From NCBI GenBank assembly GCA_963708295.1, contig CAVPSJ010000004.1, forward strand, positions 320,001 through 384,000: a stretch of DNA of 64,000 nt, in the 5' to 3' direction. Made by a program: the position numbers and the translations under genes. The first letter of the stretch is position 1. Each line of letters begins with the position of its first letter. Below, piece by piece: positions 28,828 to 38,520 of the stretch. The DNA comes from an uncultured delta proteobacterium (GTDB lineage Bacteria; Desulfobacterota; BSN033; UBA1163). The notes below the pieces were generated by a model, which made no database searches, had not been told where the DNA came from, and saw only the letters and a program-made list of their open reading frames with translations.

Positions 28828-29250
28828 CTAGAATTTGTTAAATGCTCCAAACAATACCTTCGTGAAACTCCCGATTTCCTCTTTTGAGTATCCTTCTTTG
28901 ATTTGCTCGTTCAACTTTTTAACGATGGGCAACGCCTTCTTAGCCACCTTATTTCCTTTTTCAGTGAGATGGACTAAGTAAACACGCCTGTCATTCGGAT
29001 GATCGGAGCGTTTGACATAGCCCGATTTCTCCAATCGGTCGATCAAACCTGTGACTGTCGGATTTTCTAACATCAATCCCTGACTGATCTGCGTGAGACT
29101 TAAACCGTCATTTTGCTGAAGAAGGAAGAGGAGCATGACCTGGATCGGGGTCACCTCGACCCCGCTCTCCGAAAACGATTTTTGGAGCTTTGTGATAAGT
29201 TTCTGATATACCTTTGATATTAGAAAGATAAGACGGTCTTCAGCTGGCAT
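28828..29250 (-). CDS. MarR-family regulator
   Basis: TVTGLIDRLEKSGYVKR...DRR...LT.KG. Confidence 0.93.
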   Translation of the reverse strand: MPAEDRLIFLISKVYQKLITKLQKSFSESGVEVTPIQVMLLFLLQQNDGLSLTQISQGLMLENPTVTGLIDRLEKSGYVKRSDHPNDRRVYLVHLTEKGNKVAKKALPIVKKLNEQIKEGYSKEEIGSFTKVLFGAFNKF

Positions 29251-29275
29251 CCATGAGCCTTTTTATAGAGTTTTA

Positions 29276-29311
29276 TATGCTGAAGTTTAGCATACTAAGT
29301 AAATGTGTCAA
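29276..29311 (-). promoter_or_regulatory. marR promoter with overlapping palindromic operator
   Basis: TTGACA-16-TAAACT on minus strand; palindrome TATGCT-N7-AGCATA (29276-29294). Confidence 0.5.
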
Positions 29312-29506
29312 GAAAAAAGTGCCAGGCAGATTAGATATTCGCCCAGTGAGCATAAAAAGGCGCATTTTTTGGAGGGATAAGAGAAGTCTTGAGGACTGCG
29401 GCTGTGAGTTTCTAAGAGAAGGCTCCGACTCCCACACCCACCCCAAGATTTAGCTTCATCCCTTGACTTTCAAAGGTATTTTATTTACCCTTAATACCTA
29501 AGAAAG

Positions 29507-29917
29507 ATGATTGAGGAACCGGATTCTGAACCCTTGAACCCACCCTTTCCTACCAACGAAGCGGGGAGTAAGGTGAAAGCAGGAAACATATCGTCTGGAG
29601 ATCCTCAGGGAAAAACGCCACCGGATGTCCTGCAGAAGTTTGTCGGCATTTTCGAGGAAAAAGGATGGCTTAACCAGACGCTGCGAATCAAACACCGCGA
29701 CAGAAGATATCGGATCTGCTGCACCGAGCGGGAGTTCCTGGCCTACCGGATTAACGATCACTGCAGCGTCTTACCGGGTTTTCCCGGTTGGTCCGTGTGT
29801 ATTGTCACCCCTGATCAAATTGTCGAGGATTCGCACATGTCCGCCTTCCCGTCTTCTGAGCCCAGCGTAAATGAATGGTTGCGTTGTATCGCCGAAGAGG
29901 ATTTCGAACTTATCTGA
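29507..29917 (+). CDS. Hypothetical protein
   Basis: 136-aa ORF directly upstream of the PfkB gene. Confidence 0.5.
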   Translation: MIEEPDSEPLNPPFPTNEAGSKVKAGNISSGDPQGKTPPDVLQKFVGIFEEKGWLNQTLRIKHRDRRYRICCTEREFLAYRINDHCSVLPGFPGWSVCIVTPDQIVEDSHMSAFPSSEPSVNEWLRCIAEEDFELI

Positions 29918-29924
29918 GGAGTCG

Positions 29925-30851
29925 ATGGAGATCATTGTTTCGGGGTCACTGGCATACGATCGGATTATGGATTTTCCGGGACACTTCTCGGACCATATCC
30001 TCCCTGAAAAGATCCATGCCTTGAACGTCTGTTTTCAGGTGGACGGCATGAAGGAAAAATTCGGCGGGACGGCGGGAAATATTGCCTACGCACTCACCCT
30101 CATGGGGGAAAAGCCTGCCATCTCCGCTACGATCGGCCGCGATTATCATCAATATTTTAAATGGCTGGAGCAAAATGGGATCTCCCATGAAGGCATCAAA
30201 ATCGTCAAAGACGAATTCACTGCAAGCGCCTACATCACCACCGACAAAGCAGACAACCAGATCACGGGGTTTAACCCGGGCGCTATGAAATACTCCTCCT
30301 CCCTGGATTTCGAGAGACTCAATCCAAGGGAAACCCTGATGATCATCTCTCCCGGAAACCTTGAAGACATGGTAAAATACCCGCGCCTTTGCAAGGCCCG
30401 TGGGATCAACTATATCTTTGACCCGGGCCAATCCCTGCCTATGCTGGCTGCGCAGGATTTGATCCAAGCCATCGAAGGGTGCCTGATTCTAATCTCGAAC
30501 GATTATGAACTGGATCTGATCACGAGCAAGACGGGTCTCAGCAAAGAGACCTTGCGCCGGCGGGCCACAACAATCATTGTCACCCTGGGGGAGCTGGGTT
30601 CGAGGGTGCTCGCGCCGGAGGGTGAAATATGCGTTTCTGCCGTTAAGCCGTTGAAGGTAGAAGATCCAACAGGCGCCGGAGACTCCTACAGGGGCGGGCT
30701 GATCAGCGGTCTGCTCCGGGGAAAAGACATTGAACAGTGCGCCAGGATGGGGAGTGTATGCGCTTCCTTTGCGGTGGAGTGTTACGGCACTCAGGAGTAC
30801 AGGTTTAGCCCCGAGGAATTCAATGAGAGGCTCAAGAGGTGCTCCGGGTAG
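29925..30851 (+). CDS. PfkB-family carbohydrate/nucleoside kinase (adenosine-kinase-like)
   Basis: GSLAYD, GGTAGNIAY, DPTGAGDSYRGG. Confidence 0.9.
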   Translation: MEIIVSGSLAYDRIMDFPGHFSDHILPEKIHALNVCFQVDGMKEKFGGTAGNIAYALTLMGEKPAISATIGRDYHQYFKWLEQNGISHEGIKIVKDEFTASAYITTDKADNQITGFNPGAMKYSSSLDFERLNPRETLMIISPGNLEDMVKYPRLCKARGINYIFDPGQSLPMLAAQDLIQAIEGCLILISNDYELDLITSKTGLSKETLRRRATTIIVTLGELGSRVLAPEGEICVSAVKPLKVEDPTGAGDSYRGGLISGLLRGKDIEQCARMGSVCASFAVECYGTQEYRFSPEEFNERLKRCSG

Positions 30852-30982
30852 TCTCGGCTGAAAGCTTTTCCGTCTGTCCCAGCCCTCCTGTCATCCTTCG
30901 AACAAATTCCCTGTATGCTTTGAACCTCAGTCGGTAATGAGGCATCCCATCATCGTCCCTTCCACGTTACAACAGAACAACT

Positions 30983-31495
30983 TCATCCCTTTAAGGTAAA
31001 TCTCCACTTGCAAAACATGTCCTTGGGATGAGGGTCTGGGGGAGCAAAAAGACACTCTGTTTGGATTCGCGGGTCAATCTCCCGGGCATAACTCTCAAAC
31101 TCGCCCTTGTGCATCTCTTTGCACACAAACTCTCCCAACCCCCTTTTAAGGCGTGCCTCCTGGGTAGGGCAGCTGGGAACGGTGATAATCACCTCGTTCT
31201 CCTTTTCCTCGAACTGATAGCCCACCAGGATGGTCCAGGGAAAGTATTTCAAGGCTTTTACAAAACCCTTAAGGCCTTTCTCTTTGACTCCGAAACGCTG
31301 GATCAGATCTTTTGCAGCCATCCCTCCCACACGGCCCCATACCTGCTCATTGAGCCTTTCGGCAGTGGGTTGATCGAACATTTTAGCCACGGACAGAAAC
31401 CAGAAGGCGTCCATGAGTCGGTAATGCCAGAGTAAAAATTGAACATAATTCTTAAGCTCAGCGGCATCCATCTTCTCAAAAATGTTGAGATCCAT
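30983..31495 (-). CDS. DUF6125-like protein
   Basis: [30 protein letters not shown]....CKWRF. Confidence 0.7.
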   Translation of the reverse strand: MDLNIFEKMDAAELKNYVQFLLWHYRLMDAFWFLSVAKMFDQPTAERLNEQVWGRVGGMAAKDLIQRFGVKEKGLKGFVKALKYFPWTILVGYQFEEKENEVIITVPSCPTQEARLKRGLGEFVCKEMHKGEFESYAREIDPRIQTECLFAPPDPHPKDMFCKWRFTLKG

Positions 31496-31558
31496 ATCTT
31501 CTCCTATTTTAAAATTTCGAATGAAACGAATGACAGCGAATGGGGCGAATAAAACTCC

Positions 31559-32842
31559 TTATCTCCCCATCTCCTTATCTCCCCATCTTTTGTTAGAATG
31601 AGCGAGTCTCTCAATTCGTTCGACCAAAGGAGGATGAGAGTAGTAGAACCATGCGTAGAGAGGATGAGGGGTCAGATTGGCCAGGTTGTCCGAAGCCAGC
31701 CGCTTCAGTGCGGTGGTCATGGGCTCCGCCGTCCCGATGAGCTGCAATGCAAAATCATCCGCCTCGCGTTCGAATTTTCTTGAGATGGCCGATTCCAGTG
31801 GCCCGGCAAAAAAACCAAGCAGGCTGATGAATGTTCCGATGAGAAACAGTCCGACATAGGCATGCAATTCTTGAAAGCCAAACGTCCGATAGATTAACGG
31901 CCAGTTCAACAATCTGGCCACGGCATAAAACGAGACCAAAGAGAGTATCTCCAAAGGAACGAGCATCCGGAGGATATGTTTCTTCTTCCAGTGCCCTGCC
32001 TCATGGGCCAGTACGGCGAGCATCTCTTCCTCGGTGTGAGAGGCCAAAAGGGTGTCAAAGAGAACAATCCGTTTTGTCCTCCCCACACCGATGAAGAAAG
32101 CATTGGTATGCTTGCTTCGCTTGCTCGCATCCATCTTGAAGATTCCCTTAGCCCGGAGGCCGACTTTTTCCATCAATGCCCGGATCCGGTTCTCCAATCC
32201 TGTGTTTTCAATCGGATCAAATTTGTTGAACAGAGGGAGAATGACCACCGGGTACAACCAGAGCAAAAGCAACTCAAACCCGCCGACCAAAATCCACGCC
32301 CATACCCACCAGACGTTCCCTCCATAAAGGACCAGGACCAGGAGAAGGCCAAGAAGCAGCCCTCCCATGATGGCTCCAATCACGATGCTTTTAAACAGAT
32401 CCGAAATCCACACCTTGAAACTCATGACGTTAAACCCGTAACGCTCCTCAATCACAAACGCCTCATAAAGGCTGAAAGGGATCCGAAGCAGATTGCTAAA
32501 TATCGAGAGCGCAGCAAAGAAAATCAAACCACTCACAACCTGTCCGTATTCCCACAGGGTGATGGTCTTTGCCAACCAGGGCAAGAACCCGGAGAGCAAA
32601 ATAACCAGGAAAAGTCCCTGGTTGGCGAGGGTGACAACCGTGCTGAAATTCTCAGAATCCACCGTATAAGCAGAAATTTTCCCCAGCCTCTCCGGGTCAA
32701 TGCTATCCTGGAACATTTCCGGAACAGTTGTTCCGTGCTGGCGGAGGTAGGAAATATTAAGCCAGCTCAGATAGACCTGGATCCCGGACCGCAATAAAAA
32801 CACGGCAAGAAAAATTTGAAGCAAAAGATTAAAATGAATCAT
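31559..32842 (-). CDS. M48 family (Ste24-like) membrane metalloprotease
   Basis: NAFF.G....KRIVLFDTL, HEAGH, EREAD, SHPP...R. Confidence 0.93.
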   Translation of the reverse strand: MIHFNLLLQIFLAVFLLRSGIQVYLSWLNISYLRQHGTTVPEMFQDSIDPERLGKISAYTVDSENFSTVVTLANQGLFLVILLSGFLPWLAKTITLWEYGQVVSGLIFFAALSIFSNLLRIPFSLYEAFVIEERYGFNVMSFKVWISDLFKSIVIGAIMGGLLLGLLLVLVLYGGNVWWVWAWILVGGFELLLLWLYPVVILPLFNKFDPIENTGLENRIRALMEKVGLRAKGIFKMDASKRSKHTNAFFIGVGRTKRIVLFDTLLASHTEEEMLAVLAHEAGHWKKKHILRMLVPLEILSLVSFYAVARLLNWPLIYRTFGFQELHAYVGLFLIGTFISLLGFFAGPLESAISRKFEREADDFALQLIGTAEPMTTALKRLASDNLANLTPHPLYAWFYYSHPPLVERIERLAHSNKRWGDKEMGR

Positions 32843-32854
32843 GAGACGGGGATG

Positions 32855-33364
32855 CTATTGACGCGATCTCTTCTTCTTCCCTCTCCGCTTGGAACGGGAG
32901 GGACGGACGGGTTGCGTCACCCTGCCTGCACCCTTCTTTTCAACGAGGTTCCTGACCTCACGGCGGCCGAGTTTTCGAAGAGCCACTATCACGGCCTTCT
33001 TCTTCTCGCTTGGCTTAAACTGTCCGCTTTCCCACAGGTGTACTGCGCCAACGGTAACCCCCGTCAGAATGGCCAGCTCTTTCTGGGTGATGCCCAGATG
33101 CCCGCGAAGGCTTCGAATCAGGCGGGGAGAGAATCTCGACACCTTCACCTCTTCCGGGGCCGCCTCCAATGGCATCTCTCCCTTTTCCAGCTGTTTTTGC
33201 TGCTGGGCGGTGATCCGCTGAAGCGTTAAAACGGCTTTGCGAAGCTGCGAGACCGTACTCTTCAATGACCGGACATCCCGCCCCAGGGGAACAGATATTT
33301 TCCGCACTTCCCTTTTTGCCAAACGTACGATTTCAGATTTGATGATCCCTTCGAACTTGCCCAT
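32855..33364 (-). CDS. XRE-family HTH protein with coiled coil
   Basis: LRGHLGITQKELA.LTGVT...V..WESG..KP. Confidence 0.82.
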   Translation of the reverse strand: MGKFEGIIKSEIVRLAKREVRKISVPLGRDVRSLKSTVSQLRKAVLTLQRITAQQQKQLEKGEMPLEAAPEEVKVSRFSPRLIRSLRGHLGITQKELAILTGVTVGAVHLWESGQFKPSEKKKAVIVALRKLGRREVRNLVEKKGAGRVTQPVRPSRSKRRGKKKRSRQ

Positions 33365-33397
33365 AGGTCCCTCCTCCTAAGATGAATTAAACTCTGA

Positions 33398-33522
33398 CAG
33401 GCTTCTGAAAAATGCCCATCTGCTGCGTTTCCCTCATCCTTCGTCCTTGCGGAGTACGTCAAAGTACGCCTCACTCCTCAGGATATCGGGTGCCTTGCAT
33501 CTAGACATTTTTGAGCAGCCTG
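33398..33522. mobile_element. MITE with IS5/IS1182-type ends
   Basis: CAGGCTTCTGAAAAATG ... CATTTTTGAGCAGCCTG terminal IRs, no ORF. Confidence 0.6.
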
Positions 33523-33804
33523 GAAAATGTTACTTCTTCACCAACCTTCCAAATCCCAAGTCACAAATAAAGGGCTTTAAAACCTAAACCCTAAAACCCA
33601 AAACCGGGATCCCGAAAGAAGTTCGGGATGACCAAGAGACTAGAACCGAATCGGGATGTCATGTTGAGCTTGTTTCAGCATCTGATTTATTTTTTCTGCT
33701 TCCAGAAAACGTACGTTTGACCTCCATCCATCCCGTCAAGAGGGGATAGACATCACGGGTTTTCAGATGCGGTCTAAATAAAACACGATTTTACGTTGAT
33801 GCGG

Positions 33805-35190
33805 TCAGTCAAATATTTTGCCCGGGTTCATGATTCCATTGGGGTCGAGGAGCTTTTTGATCTGTTTCATCAACAGGAGGCTCTCGCCGTGCTCTTTCTG
33901 CATGAACTTCTTCTTTCCGATCCCAATGCCATGCTCTCCGGTCGCTGTTCCGCCGCATTCCAGGGCGAAATAGACAATTTCCTCCTCTGCTTCCCCAACC
34001 TTCTGCCATTGTGCCTTTTCCTCGGGAATCCCCATGATCTCCATATGGAGGTTGCCGCTTCCCGCATGGCCAAAGGCATATCCCTTTAAACCCTTCTTTT
34101 CAATCGTCTTCTGACCCCATTCCACCATATCCGAATATTTCGAGATGGGTACAGCCGTATCGATCACCAGAGGGTGAAAACCAGGATTGTTTGCCTTGAT
34201 GGATTCGCGGACTCCATACCGCGCCTCCCAGAGGCGGTTTCGTTCTTCCCTCCCAATTCCTGAATCGAACTGAAGGGATTGGTGCTCGCCGCAAATCCCT
34301 TTCACGATCTCCAGCTCTTCTTTCAATCCCGCTGCGCTTGCGCCGTGAAACTCGATGAAAAGAGTGGGTCTTTCTTCCAGGGAGAGTTTTTTGAACTGGT
34401 TAACGACCCTGACCGTCGGACCATCCAGGAATTCCAGAGCTGCGGGATACAGGCCCGATCGCATAATCTGAACAACCGTATCGGTGGCATCACGAATGCG
34501 GCTGAATTGCACGACAGCAGCCATGAATTCCGCCGGGAGACCAATCAAGCGAAGGGTGACCTCAGAGACGACACCCAGTGTCCCTTCCGACCCAACAAAG
34601 AGACGGCAAAGATCGTAGCCCGATGAGCTTTTGATCGCATTCGTTCCAACCCGGATCACCTCCCCGGAAGGCAAAATGATCACCATGCTGAGGACATAAT
34701 CTTTCGTAGCCCCGTACTTAACCGTCCTGACCCCGCTGGCATTATTTCCCACCATCCCCCCAAGGGTAGCCGCGGCTCCGGGGTCCGGCGGGAAGAATAA
34801 GCCAAAACGGGAAAGGGATTGATTCAACTCTTTATAAATGACTCCTGCTTCCACACGGACCTGAAGATCGTCTGTCCTCAATTCCAAGATGTGGTTCATT
34901 TGCTGAAGATTCAAAACGATCCCCCCCTCTGACGGGATGGGATTGCCTTCGAGACTCGTCCCGGCTCCCCAGGGAGTAACGGGAATCCGTTTCTCATTGG
35001 CCATTTTGAGAATCTGGCTGATCTCCTCTGTGCGGAGCGGCCAAACGACCACGTCGGGTTTTCGCCTCTGATGAAAAGATTCATCCTTACTGTGGAGTTC
35101 GAGAACGGATTCACCCGCGGACACCCTCTCCGAACCAACGAGAGACTGGATGAACTCTATTTCTTTGTGCGTCACCTTCGTGTATTTCAC
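33805..35190 (-). CDS. FAD-linked oxidase (D-lactate/glycolate dehydrogenase GlcD-like)
   Basis: PWGAGTSLEG, FPPDPG, GSEGTLG, GHAGSGNLH, GEHGIG, MNPGKIF. Confidence 0.92.
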   Translation of the reverse strand: MKYTKVTHKEIEFIQSLVGSERVSAGESVLELHSKDESFHQRRKPDVVVWPLRTEEISQILKMANEKRIPVTPWGAGTSLEGNPIPSEGGIVLNLQQMNHILELRTDDLQVRVEAGVIYKELNQSLSRFGLFFPPDPGAAATLGGMVGNNASGVRTVKYGATKDYVLSMVIILPSGEVIRVGTNAIKSSSGYDLCRLFVGSEGTLGVVSEVTLRLIGLPAEFMAAVVQFSRIRDATDTVVQIMRSGLYPAALEFLDGPTVRVVNQFKKLSLEERPTLFIEFHGASAAGLKEELEIVKGICGEHQSLQFDSGIGREERNRLWEARYGVRESIKANNPGFHPLVIDTAVPISKYSDMVEWGQKTIEKKGLKGYAFGHAGSGNLHMEIMGIPEEKAQWQKVGEAEEEIVYFALECGGTATGEHGIGIGKKKFMQKEHGESLLLMKQIKKLLDPNGIMNPGKIFD

Positions 35191-35253
35191 TGATCACCCC
35201 ATCCGCCCCAGCGGGGAGAGAGGACAGGTCAAGGGTATTCCATTCAAAGAGTA

Positions 35254-36768
35254 TTAGGTGGGGGAAAATAACTTTTTCTCCATGGTGGAAATCAATGCCC
35301 TTGCCTTCTCGATCCCCTTTCGCTTATGGATGAGCCAATTCTTGTCGGCCTGAACCCTCTTCTGAAGGGATGCGATATTTTCTTTTACCCTTCTTTCTGA
35401 AGGCGCCCCCACCGATAGAGCCTGTGCCAATATTCTCTCCGGGTTCTGCATTTTCTCAACATCTTTTTCTCTAATCAAAATATCAACCTTCATCTCCGCC
35501 AGGGCCTTCTTTAAGCTCTGATAGGAGACCTTTCCTCTCCCTTCTTTCTCTGAATATTTCACGGCTTTCTCCATCACCATCTTTGCCTTCCGCATGGGAA
35601 GAGATCCGTGACGGACCAACCCCTCCATCAAGGCGGTCGCTCCGAGAAACTCCTCCTGAGCTTGCTCGGACATCTGGGCCTGATTGACCTGGAGGAGCCG
35701 AAGGACATCGGTCATGACGGATAGGGCAGGTTTCGATTCGTCGACCAAGTCCATGATCCAATACTTTGTCCACTGCGTATCCCGGTTATACCCGATAAAG
35801 AGAGCCTTGCCGACAGAGAGAAGGCTGACGACCATGCCATGGACGAAGGACGTCTTTGCCTTGATCACTTCCAAGGAACAGGGGTTTCGTTTCTGAGGCA
35901 TGATCGAGCTGCCTGAGCAATGGCGATCATTCAATCGCACCATATTGAATTCACGAGTCGATAAAAGGATCAGAGTCTGGGCCATGGTAGAGAGATGATC
36001 CATCATCATGGCCGCATCATAGGCGAGCTCTGCCTCAGGTTCCCATCGCTGGGTGATGGGATCGGTCACATTTTCTGTCGGCCCGTCAAACCCCAAGAGC
36101 CTTGACGTCAGCCGCCGGTCCAGATTGAAAGTAGTCCCGTACCCGGCTGCTGCGCCAAGAGGGTTCTTGTTGAAGAGATCAAACCAGTGCGTAAATCTCT
36201 GGACATCCCGCTCGAGGGCTTCGGCAAAAGAAAGGAGGAGGTGACCGAAGGTGGTGGGTACGGCATGCTGGTGGTGGGTATAGCCCGGCATGACCGTCGA
36301 ACGATGTTCCTCAGCCTTTTGGAGAAGTGTCACGATGAGAAAGATTAATCCTTCAACAAACTCCAAAACCTGATCCCTAAGATAAAGACGCATGTCGAGG
36401 ACAATCTGGTCATTCCGACTTCGACCCGTATGGACTTTTCCTCCGGATTCGATTCCTACTCGTTCAATGAGGTAACTCTCAATGTTCGAGTGGACGTCTT
36501 CCTTCGATGCATCCAATCGAAATCTCCCTTTTGGGTGGAGTTTTTCTATTTCCTTTAATCCCTTCAGGATCCTTTTCCCATCCCGTTTCGACAGGATGCC
36601 CTGACGGCAGAGCATGAGAATATGAGCGCGGTCTCCCCAAAGATCATAAGGGATCAGCCGTTCATCGCACGGAGGAATCCCTCTGACATCTCTCCCCGAA
36701 AGAAATTCGACCATTTCCCGGGAGGGCAGGTCTTCAAACCGACCTCCCCATAACTTTTCAATCTTCAT
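35254..36768 (-). CDS. argH: Argininosuccinate lyase
   Basis: LWGGRF, HTGRSRNDQ, MPGYTH, GSSIMPQKRNP. Confidence 0.95.
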   Translation of the reverse strand: MKIEKLWGGRFEDLPSREMVEFLSGRDVRGIPPCDERLIPYDLWGDRAHILMLCRQGILSKRDGKRILKGLKEIEKLHPKGRFRLDASKEDVHSNIESYLIERVGIESGGKVHTGRSRNDQIVLDMRLYLRDQVLEFVEGLIFLIVTLLQKAEEHRSTVMPGYTHHQHAVPTTFGHLLLSFAEALERDVQRFTHWFDLFNKNPLGAAAGYGTTFNLDRRLTSRLLGFDGPTENVTDPITQRWEPEAELAYDAAMMMDHLSTMAQTLILLSTREFNMVRLNDRHCSGSSIMPQKRNPCSLEVIKAKTSFVHGMVVSLLSVGKALFIGYNRDTQWTKYWIMDLVDESKPALSVMTDVLRLLQVNQAQMSEQAQEEFLGATALMEGLVRHGSLPMRKAKMVMEKAVKYSEKEGRGKVSYQSLKKALAEMKVDILIREKDVEKMQNPERILAQALSVGAPSERRVKENIASLQKRVQADKNWLIHKRKGIEKARALISTMEKKLFSPT

Positions 36769-37022
36769 CGCCTATCCCCTAATCCATCAGAATTAGAAAT
36801 GGACCGTCATTAATATTTCCGAACCTTTCCAGATTCCGAATTACAATTTCCAAATCCCAAATAAATCCAAGCTCCAATTTCCAATGACTGCCCCTCACCC
36901 TCCCCTCTCTCCGGCCGGGGAGAGGGTGAGGGGGAAACGCGCTTTGGATTTTGTGCTTACCCCAAATATGCACAAGTACAGTAAACAATGTCTCGATATA
37001 AACCAATCTAACTCATAAGATC

Positions 37023-38253
37023 CTACTTCATTCTCCGCTTGGCTAAAATCTCGAAGGGGAGCCCCCGGATAAAAGCGGCATCCGCGCAGCGCCTCTGGTC
37101 AAAACCCGTGGCTTTAATCGAACGGATCTCCGGCGAGAAGAGACTCGTTTTCGATTCTCGCTGGACGATCTCGATATTTCCTTTGTAGAGTTTGACTTTG
37201 TATTTCCCGCTGACCACTTTCTGAGATGTCTGGATAAAGGCCTCCAGATCATATCTCAGAGGATGGTAGGCCATCCCATGATAAATCAAATAGGCCCACT
37301 TCTGATCGATCTCTTTCTTAAACTGGACCTCGTCCTTGGTCAGGCAGAACTGCTCCAGGTCTCTGTGGAGCTTGAGAATGATCGTCGCCGCAGGCGCTTC
37401 ATAGATCTCCCTGCTCTTGAGATCCATGATCCCGTCCTCAAACATATCGATCCTTCCGATGGAGTGCGCTCCTCCGAGAGTGTTCAGCTCGGGGATCATC
37501 TCCCCCAGGGGCTTTTTTCTTCCATTCAGACTGACCGGGATGCCGTTCTCAAACCCCAACGTGAATAAGGCGGCTCGTTCGGGGGCTTTCTCCGGCGGCT
37601 GATACCACATCCAGATATTATCGGGGAGGGGCTGATTCAAGTCGATTGCCCCACTGGCGATCGAACGGCACCACATCGTCTTGTCATCGCCCCCGGTAAC
37701 GATCTCGGTTACCGGAACACCCCATGCCTTGCACAGTTCCTCTTCTTCCAGCCGGGTCAGATCGAAATCCCGCACCGGGACGAGTATCTTCAATTTTGGC
37801 GCAAACAGTTTGAAGACATTGTGCATGCGGTATTGATCATTCCCTTTTCCGCTCGACCCCTCGAGAATAGCATCACACCCATGGGCCAGAGCAATTTCTG
37901 CAACCTTCTTCGCCACAACCTGCCTCGTCATGGAAGTAGAAACAGGGTAACCCAGGTAGTCGGAATTCGCCTGAATGGCCCGTGCGATCCAGTACCTCTG
38001 TGAACTCTTTTCGGAGGTCAAAGAAGAGAGGCTTGATTTTCAGGGCTCTTGCTTTCCTTTTCCCCTCTAACACTTCTTCTTCTCCCTGGCCGACATCAAT
38101 CGTGATGGGAAGAATCTTTTTCGCCTTATACTTTCTTCTGAGCAATTCGATGGCGAGTGAAGAATCCAAGCCTCCAGAGTAGGCGACAGCAACTTTGTCG
38201 ACTCTTGGGGTTTCGGTTTTTTGAATTTTTTTCAATATCTTCCGCATGTCCAT
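37023..38253 (-). CDS. argG: Argininosuccinate synthase, one frameshift near 37997
   Basis: AYSGGLDSS in one frame; GKGNDQ and KSREIYEAP in the other; the frames join as DLRKEFTE|YWIARAIQAN. Confidence 0.92.
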
Positions 38254-38520
38254 AAGACGCATACCTCCTTGGAATTTAGTTAGGGATGTTAGCATAAATC
38301 GGCCGTTTAAACAATGTTTTAAACTATAGTCTCCCGACGAGATTGCGGATGGGGCGGGAAGTGAGAGAAGGATTGAGAAACGGATGTGAAGATAGCTCTG
38401 AAGGGTTCTGAAATGGTTTTGTCTCTGCAGAGAGCAGAAGAAAGCGGGGTCGCGGTCAACCGCGGCCCCATTTTCTTCAACACACACGAAGAAAGGACTC
38501 GAAAGGGAGATGAACCTTAA

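Noticed and set aside
37985-38010. Programmed frameshift in argG
   Set aside because: No slippery heptamer at the junction, and it sits in a zone of many indels consistent with sequencing error.
38254-38520. Arg-rich leader peptide upstream of argG
   Set aside because: No Arg-codon run or leader terminator. The hairpin at about 38445-38470 is best read as the mtrB terminator.
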